Positions 12,729 to 22,060 of a stretch of 64,000 nt of DNA are shown here, one piece after another. The DNA comes from Patescibacteria group bacterium. Its GTDB lineage: Bacteria; Patescibacteriota; Patescibacteriia; UBA1558; S5-K13. The stretch spans positions 47,827 through 111,826 of the forward strand of contig JAQUXC010000003.1 in the NCBI GenBank assembly GCA_028692545.1. Direction: 5' to 3'. The notes below the pieces were generated by a model that had not been told where the DNA came from, did not search any database, and was given only the letters and a program-made list of their open reading frames with translations. Position 1 is the first letter of the stretch. Each line of letters opens with the position of its first letter. A program made the translations under genes and the position numbers.

Positions 12729-15116
12729 ATGAATAGATCATTAAAAAATGTTTTGTGGTTTGATGAAATATCTATAAAAGATGTTTCTATTGTTGGTGGA
12801 AAAAATGCATCTCTTGGAGAAATGTATAAAAATTTGAAAAAAAAGGGTGTTCCAGTTCCTTATGGATTTGCGATTACTGCAAATGCTTATAAGTATTTTT
12901 TGAAAAGTAATAATATTGATAAAAAAATAAAAGATGTTTTGAAAGGACTTGATACAGGGAATATTTCTGATTTAAAAAAAAGAGCAAAAGAAATAAGAGA
13001 AATAATTTTGAAAGCTGAATTTCCAGAAGATTTAAATGAGGAAATTTTGAAAGCATATTTAAGTTTAGCAAAATTTTACAAAAAAACGCCAATAAATTTG
13101 GATGTTGCTGTGAGATCTAGTGCTACAGCAGAGGATTTGCCAGATGCATCTTTTGCAGGTCAGCAAGAATCATATTTGAATATAACAGGTGAATATGCAT
13201 TACTTGAATCAGTAAAGCGATGTATGGCATCACTTTTTACAGATCGTGCTATTTCATATAGAGTGGACAAAAAATTTGATCACATGAAAATTGCACTTTC
13301 TGTTACAGTTCAAAAAATGGTAAGATCAGATTTGGCTTCATCAGGAGTAATGTTTTCTATTGATACAGAATCAGGTTTTCCTGATATTGTTGTAATAAAT
13401 GCCTCATATGGACTTGGAGAGTATGTTGTAAAAGGAGTTGTAAATCCAGATGAATATTATATTTACAAACCAACGCTTAAGAAAAAATTTAATTCTATAA
13501 TAGGAAAAGACGTTGGAGACAAGACAAAAAAATTAATTTATGCAACTGGTGGAACAAATAGTACTCAAAATGTAGATGTAGCTTTAAATGAAAGATTGAA
13601 ATTTGTATTAAAAGAAAATGAAATAATAAAACTTGCAAATTGGGCTGTAATTATAGAAAATCATTACAAAAAACCAATGGATATGGAATGGGCAAAAGAT
13701 GGAAAAACTGGAGAACTTTTTATAGTTCAAGCTCGTCCTGAGACAGTCGCATCACAAGAGAATAGAAGCATTTTGATAGAATATTTTATAAAGCAATGTC
13801 CAAAGCCAATTCTTGTAGGTCAATCTGTTGGAAAGAAAATAGGCCAAGGGATTTCTCATGTTATAAAAAATGTTGATGAATTATCCAATTTCAAAGAAAG
13901 AGAAGTTCTTGTTGCTGAGATGACAGACCCAGACTGGGAGCCAGTTATGAAAAAAGCTAGTGCAATTGTTACAAATTCAGGTGGCAGAACTTGTCATGCA
14001 GCTATTGTATCTCGTGAACTTGGAATTCCATGTGTAGTTGGTACAAAAAATGCAATGTCAAAATTAAAAAATGGACAAAAAATTACAGTAGATTGTTCTC
14101 TTGGAGAAGAAGGCTATGTTTATGATGGAATTATCCCATTTATAACAAAAAAGACAAACTTGAAAAATTTGAAATTACCTAAGAACGTAAAAATAATGAT
14201 GAATGTAGGAAATCCAAGGCAAGCATTTCGTGATTCTATGCTTCCAAATGATGGAGTAGGACTTGCAAGACAAGAATTTATTATTTCAAATTATATAAAA
14301 GTTCATCCTTTGGCACTTCTAAATTTTTCGCAAGTAAAAGATAAGTCTGAAAAAGAAATTATAAATAATTTGACTGTAAACTATAAATCAAAGCCAGATT
14401 TTTATGTAGAAAAATTAGCAGAAGGAGTTGCAAAAATAGCTTCTGCATTTTATCCAAAGGATGTAATAATTAGACTCTCAGATTTCAAATCAAATGAATA
14501 TGCAAATCTTATTGGTGGAAAATATTTTGAACCAGTTGAAGACAATCCTATGATAGGTTGGCGTGGAGCTTCACGCTATTATGATCCAAAATATGAACCA
14601 GCTTTTAGATTAGAGTGTAAAGCTCTCAAAAAAGTAAGAGATAATATGGGACTTACAAATGTAAAAATAATGATTCCATTCTGTCGTACTATAGAAGAAG
14701 GCAAAAAGGTTATAAAAATAATGGAAACTGAGGGACTAAAGCGAGGAGTAAATAGTTTAGAATTATATGTAATGTGTGAAATACCATCAAATGTAATTTT
14801 GGCAAATGAGTTTTGTAAAATTTTTGATGGATTTTCAATTGGTTCAAATGATCTTACCCAGCTTACATTGGGAGTAGATAGAGATTCAAGCGTTGTTTCT
14901 CATATTTATGATGAGAGGAATGAAGCTGTAAAAGAGCTTATCAGACAAGTTATAAGGATTGCAAAGAAAAACAAGAGAAAAGTAGGTATTTGTGGGCAAG
15001 CGCCATCTGATTTTCCTGATTTTGCAAAGTTTTTGGTAAAAGAGCATATTGATAGTATGTCTCTTGTACCGGACTCAGTAGTAAATACTATATTACAGCT
15101 CAAAAAGATGAGATAA
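12729..15116 (+). CDS. ppsA: Phosphoenolpyruvate synthase
   Basis: GGKNASLGEM, AVRSSATAED, GGRTCHAAI (phospho-His), FSIGSNDLTQ. Confidence 0.97.
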   Translation: MNRSLKNVLWFDEISIKDVSIVGGKNASLGEMYKNLKKKGVPVPYGFAITANAYKYFLKSNNIDKKIKDVLKGLDTGNISDLKKRAKEIREIILKAEFPEDLNEEILKAYLSLAKFYKKTPINLDVAVRSSATAEDLPDASFAGQQESYLNITGEYALLESVKRCMASLFTDRAISYRVDKKFDHMKIALSVTVQKMVRSDLASSGVMFSIDTESGFPDIVVINASYGLGEYVVKGVVNPDEYYIYKPTLKKKFNSIIGKDVGDKTKKLIYATGGTNSTQNVDVALNERLKFVLKENEIIKLANWAVIIENHYKKPMDMEWAKDGKTGELFIVQARPETVASQENRSILIEYFIKQCPKPILVGQSVGKKIGQGISHVIKNVDELSNFKEREVLVAEMTDPDWEPVMKKASAIVTNSGGRTCHAAIVSRELGIPCVVGTKNAMSKLKNGQKITVDCSLGEEGYVYDGIIPFITKKTNLKNLKLPKNVKIMMNVGNPRQAFRDSMLPNDGVGLARQEFIISNYIKVHPLALLNFSQVKDKSEKEIINNLTVNYKSKPDFYVEKLAEGVAKIASAFYPKDVIIRLSDFKSNEYANLIGGKYFEPVEDNPMIGWRGASRYYDPKYEPAFRLECKALKKVRDNMGLTNVKIMIPFCRTIEEGKKVIKIMETEGLKRGVNSLELYVMCEIPSNVILANEFCKIFDGFSIGSNDLTQLTLGVDRDSSVVSHIYDERNEAVKELIRQVIRIAKKNKRKVGICGQAPSDFPDFAKFLVKEHIDSMSLVPDSVVNTILQLKKMR

Positions 15117-15189
15117 TTGTATAATTTTTATGCACAAAACGCGTTATTGACTAATTTGACTATATTGTGTAGTATAATAATTAGAAAAA

Positions 15190-15384
15190 ATGCTCGCACG
15201 GGAGGAAAAATGTGCAAAACTAAAGATGAAAGAACTAATCGAAAAGGAACCTATCTTGGTAAACAAGGAAGAGGTGGTCGTGGTATTTATTCACGTACAG
15301 GAAAAAAGTCAGATAATGTCATCACAGAAGAAACCTCAAATGATTCCGGTGGAATCAAAGAACCGACAGAAACGGAGCCAATAA
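15190..15384 (+). CDS. Possible small protein; reading frame uncertain (overlapping alternative ORF from the SD-preceded ATG at 15210 to 15392)
   Basis: Promoter-like TTGACT/TAGTAT upstream and a terminator downstream; two competing frames. Confidence 0.35.
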   Translation: MLAREEKCAKLKMKELIEKEPILVNKEEVVVVFIHVQEKSQIMSSQKKPQMIPVESKNRQKRSQ

Positions 15385-15425
15385 GAACCTGAATGCTCGC
15401 TTCGATTTCTATATAGATTTTTAAT

Positions 15426-15458
15426 GAGCCCCAACATTGCGTTGGGGTCTCTTTTTTT
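15426..15458 (+). terminator. Intrinsic terminator
   Basis: gagccccaac ... gttggggtctc followed by T7. Confidence 0.8.
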
Positions 15459-15834
15459 ATTTATCTAGTTGAATTGGGTTGTTTTTTATTATACAAGCAT
15501 TACTTATATAATTTATATTGTTATCTTTGCAAATTTGTATCAATTTTTCATTCTCTGCTCCTGGTTGGAGCCAAACATTTTTTATATCTAAATTTATCAC
15601 GTCTTGTAATATTTTTTCTCCAATTTCTGGTGGTAGGACAAATATTACCCAATCAATTTTTTGGTTTATTTCAGTAATATTTTTATAAATTTTTTGGTTT
15701 AGAATTTCTGTAGCTTTTGGGTTTATTCCAAAAACTTTATAATTAGAGTCTAGTAAATGTTTAAATACTTTGTATCCATATTTATTTTCATCTGTAGAAA
15801 CTCCAACAACTGCAAAAATTGTGTTTTTGTTCAT
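15457..15834 (-). CDS. CoA-binding domain protein (YccU-like)
   Basis: AVVGVS...KYGYKV...INP, VWLQPGAE, ACI. Confidence 0.9.
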   Translation of the reverse strand: MNKNTIFAVVGVSTDENKYGYKVFKHLLDSNYKVFGINPKATEILNQKIYKNITEINQKIDWVIFVLPPEIGEKILQDVINLDIKNVWLQPGAENEKLIQICKDNNINYISNACIIKNNPIQLDK

Positions 15835-15835
15835 A
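15777..15835. repeat. 59-bp direct repeat, copy 1 (5' end of the CoA-binding gene)
   Basis: Identical to 17074-17132 except for one base. Confidence 0.92.
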
Positions 15836-15864
15836 TGATTAATTTTATTTTGAATTGTTAATAT

Positions 15865-17076
15865 TTAACAACTAACAACTTCGGTATTTTTATAAATACC
15901 TGATTTGTATTTACGAACTATATATAAATACAGTGGAAAAAGTATCGCAATAAAAATAATTCCTGAATATAAAAATCCATACTGATAAGATATTCTCTCA
16001 ATCATGAAACCAATACTGAAGCTTGAAATTGCAGAGACGATCTGACTAATTTGTGGACCAGTTGATAATAATGTAGCTTTGAATTTACTAGATTTAATAA
16101 TATCAAGTTGATAGCCTTCATCAACTTTACTTAGTCCCCATTGAAATGCATTTATGGTGATAAAAACGATTACAACAACCCACCAATTTGATATTGTTCC
16201 CAAAACAAGAATGAGAAGAGTATAAATTATAAGTTGGAATCTGTAAAAAGAAGGTAGTGTAATATATTTTTTAATTTTTCCACCATAGGCAAGCATGAGA
16301 GAAGCGAAGATTCTTCCTATGCCGAAAAATACTCCATACCAAATTATAGGTATTTCAAGAAATGCTTGATATGGGGAACGGAATCCGTTAATACTAAATA
16401 ATGTTCCACTAATAATTCCTGAAAACAAGGCGATGCTAAAAAAGTTGAGACGATAGCCTTCTTGTAATATTTGTTTAAAATTTGTTGTCCCAATTTCTTC
16501 AATGTGTTCTTGCAAAACAGGGGGTACTACCAAAGAAATAGCGATCAATAATCCAATTACATCAAAAATAATGGCAATGAGAAATGGTGTTTTATAACTT
16601 ATACTTATTAAAAATGGTATTAGCACCATAAATATAATTGGAACGGCAAATCCTATAGAACTGATTTTTCCCATTACTTTTGTGTAGTCGTGTTCTCTTT
16701 TAAGTCCTTGTAAAGTTTCGTGCATAAAAGCACTGCCTGTGCCACTTTGAAAAGCAGCACTCGCACTCAAAAAAATTGCGCCAAGTATCAATAATATTAT
16801 GTTATTTGCAACAAGAAAAAATATTGTTGACATCAACATCAATATTCGAGAGACAACTAGTGTTAATTTGTGTCCGATTTTATCAGACATGTATCCACTA
16901 GGAATTTCAAAAATAAAACCAGAAAGACTTCCTGCGAGTAGAATAGTTCCTATTATTTTTGGTGTTACATCGGGTATGGTTAGGTAATATGCTCCCAAAA
17001 CCGCAACAAAAATTCTTTTGTTGACTATTAACAATAAGGTATATTTCCAAATATTATTTTGTAAATTTTTTTTCAT
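15865..17076 (-). CDS. MFS transporter
   Basis: FEIPSGYMSDKIGHK (motif A-like), about 12 TM; likely start MKKNLQ at 17076. Confidence 0.9.
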   Translation of the reverse strand: MKKNLQNNIWKYTLLLIVNKRIFVAVLGAYYLTIPDVTPKIIGTILLAGSLSGFIFEIPSGYMSDKIGHKLTLVVSRILMLMSTIFFLVANNIILLILGAIFLSASAAFQSGTGSAFMHETLQGLKREHDYTKVMGKISSIGFAVPIIFMVLIPFLISISYKTPFLIAIIFDVIGLLIAISLVVPPVLQEHIEEIGTTNFKQILQEGYRLNFFSIALFSGIISGTLFSINGFRSPYQAFLEIPIIWYGVFFGIGRIFASLMLAYGGKIKKYITLPSFYRFQLIIYTLLILVLGTISNWWVVVIVFITINAFQWGLSKVDEGYQLDIIKSSKFKATLLSTGPQISQIVSAISSFSIGFMIERISYQYGFLYSGIIFIAILFPLYLYIVRKYKSGIYKNTEVVSC

Positions 17077-17132
17077 ATTTATTTTCATCTGTAGAAACTC
17101 CAACAACTGCAAAAATTGTATTTTTGTTCATA
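17074..17132. repeat. 59-bp direct repeat, copy 2 (orphan duplicate of the CoA-binding gene start)
   Basis: catatttattttcatctgtagaaactccaacaactgcaaaaattgtRtttttgttcata. Confidence 0.92.
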
Positions 17133-17144
17133 ATAGTTTTTAGC

Positions 17145-17876
17145 TTATACTTTAAATGTGGTAATTATTGATATTTTTCGATGCATAACAATAAATTCAT
17201 CTACTGATTCAGTTTCATAAAAATCTTTTAACTCTTTTAACATTTCTGGCTTCTTATTTTCAGGAACTATATTCCATAAGCTTAAGGATTTAACTAGTGT
17301 TAATGCATCGTTAACTGTATATTTCTCATCAAAGTCAAAAACTTTTTCTTCAATATTAGAAAAGCCAGATTTAATTAGGAATTCTCTTTTAAAGTGATTT
17401 TTAGTACTATCAAAATAATCACCGGCATATTTTTTATAAATTGAACAGTAACCATTATTATTTTCACTACTGACTTTTAAAATAGCAAAAAAGATACCAC
17501 CAATTTTTAGGACTCTTTTTATTTCAGTTAAAGATTTATCATTATTAAACCAATGGAAAGAATTAAAAGCGGTAACAATATCAAACTGTTCTGATTTAAA
17601 AGGAAGTGCTTCTGTTGCTGCGACAAAATAGGGTATTGTGGAATTATGTTGTATAGCAATTTTAATCATAGTCTCGTCTTTGTCTGCTCCAGTTACTTCA
17701 AAGTGACGTTTTTTTAATTGACGCGTTGAGATACCAGTTCCACACCCGATATCAAGAGTTATTTGGTTATTATTTTTTATAAAAGACTTAATATATTCAA
17801 ATACCTCATCAGGATATCCTTTTCTAGAGACATCATAATCAGCACCCATTGGACCAAAGTTATTTTGATTAATCAT
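17145..17876 (-). CDS. Class I SAM-dependent methyltransferase
   Basis: LDIGCGTG, FDIVTA, FHWF, RVLKIGG. Confidence 0.92.
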   Translation of the reverse strand: MINQNNFGPMGADYDVSRKGYPDEVFEYIKSFIKNNNQITLDIGCGTGISTRQLKKRHFEVTGADKDETMIKIAIQHNSTIPYFVAATEALPFKSEQFDIVTAFNSFHWFNNDKSLTEIKRVLKIGGIFFAILKVSSENNNGYCSIYKKYAGDYFDSTKNHFKREFLIKSGFSNIEEKVFDFDEKYTVNDALTLVKSLSLWNIVPENKKPEMLKELKDFYETESVDEFIVMHRKISIITTFKV

Positions 17877-17948
17877 TTAATATGTAATTAATAATTATAT
17901 TACATTTTGATTAATATATATAAACAAGATTTTGCATTTAAATTATTT

Positions 17949-18037
17949 TGGCGGAAGGGGCGAGATTCGAACTCGCGAGGGTTTGCACCCTACCCGCTTT
18001 CCAAGCGAGCGCACTAGGCCAACTATGCGACCCTTCC
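17949..18037 (-). tRNA. tRNA-Ser(GGA), CCA encoded
   Basis: Reverse complement GGAAGGGTCGCATAGTTGGCCTAGTGCGCTCGCTTGGAAAGCGGGTAGGGTGCAAACCCTCGCGAGTTCGAATCTCGCCCCTTCCGCCA; long variable arm. Confidence 0.96.
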
Positions 18038-18292
18038 AATTATTTCGTTTGTATCTTTTAACAAAAATTTTAATCGATCTCTACCCTTACCAGACTTTAA
18101 AAATTTTTCTTCACTTCTCGCATCAACACTGGATAAAAAAACTTCATAATATATTAATTTCCAAGGAATACCTTTTGATGTAAATTTACTTAATCCAGAA
18201 TTATGTTTTTTTAGCCGACCGTTCAAATTACTAGAATAACCAATATAATGTTTTCTTAATTTATTGCTATATATTATATATACATAAAACAT
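18023..18292 (-). CDS. GIY-YIG nuclease family protein (89 aa); last codons overlap the tRNA-Ser 5' end
   Basis: FYVYII...HYIGYS...RLKKHN...EKFLK; ATG at 18292. Confidence 0.9.
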   Translation of the reverse strand: MFYVYIIYSNKLRKHYIGYSSNLNGRLKKHNSGLSKFTSKGIPWKLIYYEVFLSSVDARSEEKFLKSGKGRDRLKFLLKDTNEIIGRVA

Positions 18293-18310
18293 ATATTTTA
18301 TAATAATTAT

Positions 18311-18364
18311 TAGGCCACCCCGCCCGAGGCGGGTTCGCCTTGGGCGAATATGCGACCCTTCCAA
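18311..18364 (-). repeat. Duplicated tRNA-Ser 5' fragment interrupted by a 30-bp double hairpin
   Basis: tatgcgacccttccaa (18349-18364) matches 18024-18039; taggcca matches the D-arm; insert is cccgcc-cga-ggcggg plus ttcgcc-ttg-ggcgaa. Confidence 0.88.
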
Positions 18365-18472
18365 ATTACTAGTATAATCATATTTTATAAAATAAAAAAA
18401 GGCAAGTATTTGGTGTTTATTGGATTTTTTATATTTGTGATAAAATAAGGTAAATAATTAAAAATTCAAAAT

Positions 18473-19060
18473 ATGCTCGAGAATTTAAAATATTTAGTCT
18501 TTGTGGGTGTAATAGTTCAATTGATTGGAGTATCTTTTTATATAAATAATACTTTGAAAGGTACTACAAAGCCAAATAGAGTTACTTGGCTTTTGTGGTC
18601 TATAGCTCCACTTATTGCTACATTTGCAGCATTTTCTGATGGTGTAAGATTGTCAGTTGTTCCTGTCTTTATGTCAGGTTTTGCGCCACTTCTAGTCTTT
18701 TTGGCATCTTTTGTAAACAAAAATTCATATTGGAAATTGGAAAAGTTTGATTATGTATGTGGATTTTTTTCTGTTGTTGCACTTCTATTATGGTGGATAA
18801 CAAAAAATCCAGTTGTTGCTATAATTTTTGCTATAATAAGTGATTTTTTTGCAGCTATTCCAACACTCATAAAATCATGGAAATATCCAGAGACAGAAAC
18901 TGTTAATATTTTTATTTGTGCAATATTCAATGCACTTACAAGTTTTGTAGCAATTAGTATATGGAATTTTGTAGCTCTTGCTTTTCCTATATATTTGTTG
19001 ATTTTTAATATTTTTATATCAATCTTGATTTTAAGAAAGAAAATTTTTAAAAGATTTTGA
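18473..19060 (+). CDS. Conserved membrane protein (6-7 TM)
   Basis: KPNRVTWLLW ... IPTLIKSWKYPETE; hydrophobic throughout. Confidence 0.75.
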   Translation: MLENLKYLVFVGVIVQLIGVSFYINNTLKGTTKPNRVTWLLWSIAPLIATFAAFSDGVRLSVVPVFMSGFAPLLVFLASFVNKNSYWKLEKFDYVCGFFSVVALLLWWITKNPVVAIIFAIISDFFAAIPTLIKSWKYPETETVNIFICAIFNALTSFVAISIWNFVALAFPIYLLIFNIFISILILRKKIFKRF

Positions 19061-19076
19061 ATTTAAATATTAATAT

Positions 19077-19619
19077 ATGAAAAAAATAATTTTGCCAAAA
19101 AGATTAAGTAGAGATATTATTTACAAGAGTCCTTGGATTAATCTTTATACTGATAAAATTTTATTTCCATCTGGAAAAATTATAGAAAAATATCATTTTT
19201 TGGATTATATAAAAGGATCTGTAGTTATTTTATTACAAAATACTAAAAAAGAAATATTATTTATAGAATCTTTACGTTATACAGCTCAAAGAATAGAATT
19301 AGAATTGCCAGCAGGGCATATTGAAGAAGGGGAAAGTATATTAAAAACAGCGAAAAGAGAAGTTGAGGAAGAAACAGGGTATATGACAAAAGATTTAAAA
19401 ATCGTATATAGTTTTAATCCTTCAAATGCAATATCTAATCAAGTTGTACATGTTGTATTTGGGAAAATCAGTGATAAATTACAAAAAAGTTTTGACACGG
19501 ATGAGGTAAAGAATGTAAAATGGATTTCCAAAACTGAGATTAAAAAATTAATAAAACAAAAAAAGATAAAGTGTGGTGTATCTTTGATACCAATTTTATT
19601 GTATTTAGCAGAAATATAA
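19077..19619 (+). CDS. Nudix hydrolase (ADP-ribose pyrophosphatase-like)
   Basis: Nudix box GHIEEGESILKTAKREVEEETG, preceded by ELPAG. Confidence 0.92.
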   Translation: MKKIILPKRLSRDIIYKSPWINLYTDKILFPSGKIIEKYHFLDYIKGSVVILLQNTKKEILFIESLRYTAQRIELELPAGHIEEGESILKTAKREVEEETGYMTKDLKIVYSFNPSNAISNQVVHVVFGKISDKLQKSFDTDEVKNVKWISKTEIKKLIKQKKIKCGVSLIPILLYLAEI

Positions 19620-19642
19620 AATCTAATATAATTATATAATTT

Positions 19643-20323
19643 ATGAAAAAAAATCAAAAACATATTATAATATTTTCTCATGGATTTGGAGTTTTGAAAG
19701 ATGATAGGGGATTGTTTACTGAACTATCCAAAGGTTTTTTGCAAGATAAAATTGAATCAGTAATGTTTGATTATAATGAAATTGATTATGATAAAAAAGA
19801 AATTACTGTAAAACCATTTAGTGAACAAGCAAAAATATTACAAAAGGTTATCAATGAAACAGTAAAAGATAATCCAGATTCTATAATTGATATAATTACT
19901 CATTCTCAAGGAGCAGTAATGGTTGCACTTGCAAAATTAGAAGGAATAAGAAGCGTTATAATATTAGCGCCATTTTTTTATACTGATATTCACAATATAA
20001 TGGAAAGATATACAAAAAATTCTTCAAATGAAATAAATTTTAGTGGCACTTCAAAACGTTTACGAAGCGATGGTACTACAACTATAATTCCAGCAAGTTA
20101 TTGGACAGAGCGTTTTGCTACTGATATATACAAGTTGTATAATGACCTTGCATTAACTACAGATTTGACTATTATTAATGCAGGAGAAGATGAAATTATG
20201 GATAAACGTGATCTTTCTAAAATTTTCAATGCAAAAATTATAAATATTCATGGAAATCATGATTTTTCTGGAGAAAGTAGAAAAAATTTAGTAAGTTTTG
20301 TTGAAGATATTATTATTAAGTAA
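19643..20323 (+). CDS. Alpha/beta hydrolase
   Basis: HGFG, HSQG nucleophile elbow, GED, GNHDF. Confidence 0.85.
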   Translation: MKKNQKHIIIFSHGFGVLKDDRGLFTELSKGFLQDKIESVMFDYNEIDYDKKEITVKPFSEQAKILQKVINETVKDNPDSIIDIITHSQGAVMVALAKLEGIRSVIILAPFFYTDIHNIMERYTKNSSNEINFSGTSKRLRSDGTTTIIPASYWTERFATDIYKLYNDLALTTDLTIINAGEDEIMDKRDLSKIFNAKIINIHGNHDFSGESRKNLVSFVEDIIIK

Positions 20324-20331
20324 ATAAACTT

Positions 20332-21117
20332 ATGCCAAATAATTTTGAAAATCCATATAGCATGGCAGATAGAGTAGAAAATTTGAGAGAAAATGATACT
20401 CCCTATGAGGATTCTGTTGTACATTTAGCAAATGAGGAAAATAAGATTAGAGATGATTTAAAAGAAAGAGGTTTAGAAGATAAAGAACTTGTTGATTATT
20501 TATCAGATAAATTTTCTACAGAAATTTTACAAAAAATGGAAGCACAAAAGGATGTGTATATAGATGTTTTGACTGGTTTTGAAAATAGAAAAGCTCTTGT
20601 AGAAAATTTACCAAAACTTCTTAGTTTTGAAAAAAGAAACAACAGAGATTGTGCTCTTTTTATGCTAGATTTAGATCATTTTAAATCTGTAAATGATACA
20701 TATGGTCATGATGCAGGAGATGTTGTTTTGAAAAAAATTACTGAAGTTATAAAAAAAACACTTAGACAATCAGATTTTACATTTAGATACGGAGGGGAAG
20801 AATTTGTTATTTTTCTTATGGATTTAGATGTTGATAAAGCACATATTGTAGCAGAAAAAATTAGAGAAGAAATAAAGAAGACAGAAATAAGATTTAAAGA
20901 TAATGAAGATAAAGATATTACCTTAAAAAAGACAGTAAGTATTGGTTGTGTGGACACAGGAGATATTTTAAATTGGCAAGAAGATCATGATAATATTGAT
21001 ATGAAAGATGTTATGAAAGATCTTATAAAAAAAGCAGATAGAGCCTTATATGAATCAAAAGAAACAGGTAGAGATAAAATTACCATTTATAAAGATTTAG
21101 AAAAAAATAGAGTTTGA
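20332..21117 (+). CDS. Diguanylate cyclase (GGDEF domain, no evident sensor domain)
   Basis: DVLTG, DLDHFKSVND, GHDAGD, RQSD I-site, RYGGEEF, ADRALY. Confidence 0.93.
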   Translation: MPNNFENPYSMADRVENLRENDTPYEDSVVHLANEENKIRDDLKERGLEDKELVDYLSDKFSTEILQKMEAQKDVYIDVLTGFENRKALVENLPKLLSFEKRNNRDCALFMLDLDHFKSVNDTYGHDAGDVVLKKITEVIKKTLRQSDFTFRYGGEEFVIFLMDLDVDKAHIVAEKIREEIKKTEIRFKDNEDKDITLKKTVSIGCVDTGDILNWQEDHDNIDMKDVMKDLIKKADRALYESKETGRDKITIYKDLEKNRV

Positions 21118-21129
21118 TATGGAGGATTT

Positions 21130-21402
21130 ATGAGTAAACATGTTGAGAGAATTGGGGAAATTGGGGAAGAAATCAGTATAGAATTTGATCCAGTAAACGT
21201 ATTTGCTATAAGGTATTTTTGCAAAACAAAAGATGGATTTGCAATTCGTGATATTGGATTTCATAATTCAACTGAAAAAGGAATGATCTATTTTAGAATA
21301 TGTCTAGTAGGTTGTTGTTTTGGAAGTTGTGGTACAAAAATTATTCGTATTTCTGAAGAAGATTATAAAGATTCCTGCAACAAAGAACGTGTGAATATAT
21401 AA
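21130..21402 (+). CDS. Hypothetical Cys-containing protein
   Basis: GGAGG SD, 90-aa ORF, terminator after. Confidence 0.6.
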   Translation: MSKHVERIGEIGEEISIEFDPVNVFAIRYFCKTKDGFAIRDIGFHNSTEKGMIYFRICLVGCCFGSCGTKIIRISEEDYKDSCNKERVNI

Positions 21403-21425
21403 AAGGTTCCTAAGAGGAACCTTTT
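21401..21425. terminator. Intrinsic terminator
   Basis: aaaaggttcct-aag-aggaacctttt perfect hairpin. Confidence 0.8.
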
Positions 21426-21496
21426 AACTTTCTGTATTTTTTGTTTTGCTTATAATTTGGTAAAATAAGTATTGTAATAAGTTAAATAATATTTTT

Positions 21497-22049
21497 ATGA
21501 AAAAAATATTAATTGTATGTTTTTTTGTATTTTTGTTTCCTTTGTTTGGTTTTGCATGGGGTGATTGTCCTTATGATCTTGTAAATGATGAATATCCAGG
21601 TCAATGTGGCAGATATATAGATACAAACAATGATAAAATATGTGATCATTCGCAAGAAAAATCCAATTTTATCATCTCAAGATAAATCGGATATTGTTTC
21701 TCAAAATGTAAATACTCAAAAAAACAATGAAAAAAATGCTTATAATTTTGTGGGAATTACTGCTATAACTTTTGTTTTGTATTTATTTACATTTTTACTT
21801 GTGAAATATAAAAAGATATCAATCGTATTACATAAAAGAATTTGGAATATATTTTTGCTCATGACATTTCTTGTAACTGCTTTTTCGGGTATTGTCTTGG
21901 TTATTAAAATAAATTATGGGATATCTATTGGTTTTCCAAATTTATTGAAAAATCATGTAGAGTTTGGAATAGCCATGGCTATTGTTTCTATTTTTCATAT
22001 TTTGTGGAATATTCCTTATTTTAAAACTATATTTAAATTTAAAAAATAA
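21497..22049 (+). pseudogene. Frameshifted membrane protein (signal peptide, Cys-rich CP..ND.YPG.C.RY.D.N...CD motif, DUF4405-like TM part)
   Basis: Removing one A from the A5 run at 21657-21661 fuses the two ORFs (…SQENPILSSQDK…). Confidence 0.75.
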
Positions 22050-22060
22050 TAATATTATTT

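Noticed and set aside
17932-18183. 83-aa plus-strand ORF
   Set aside because: It is the antisense reading of tRNA-Ser and the GIY-YIG gene
17949-18364. tRNA-Ser interrupted by an intron encoding a homing endonuclease
   Set aside because: The tRNA at 17949-18037 is complete and contiguous; the upstream piece is a partial duplicate, and no group I core is visible
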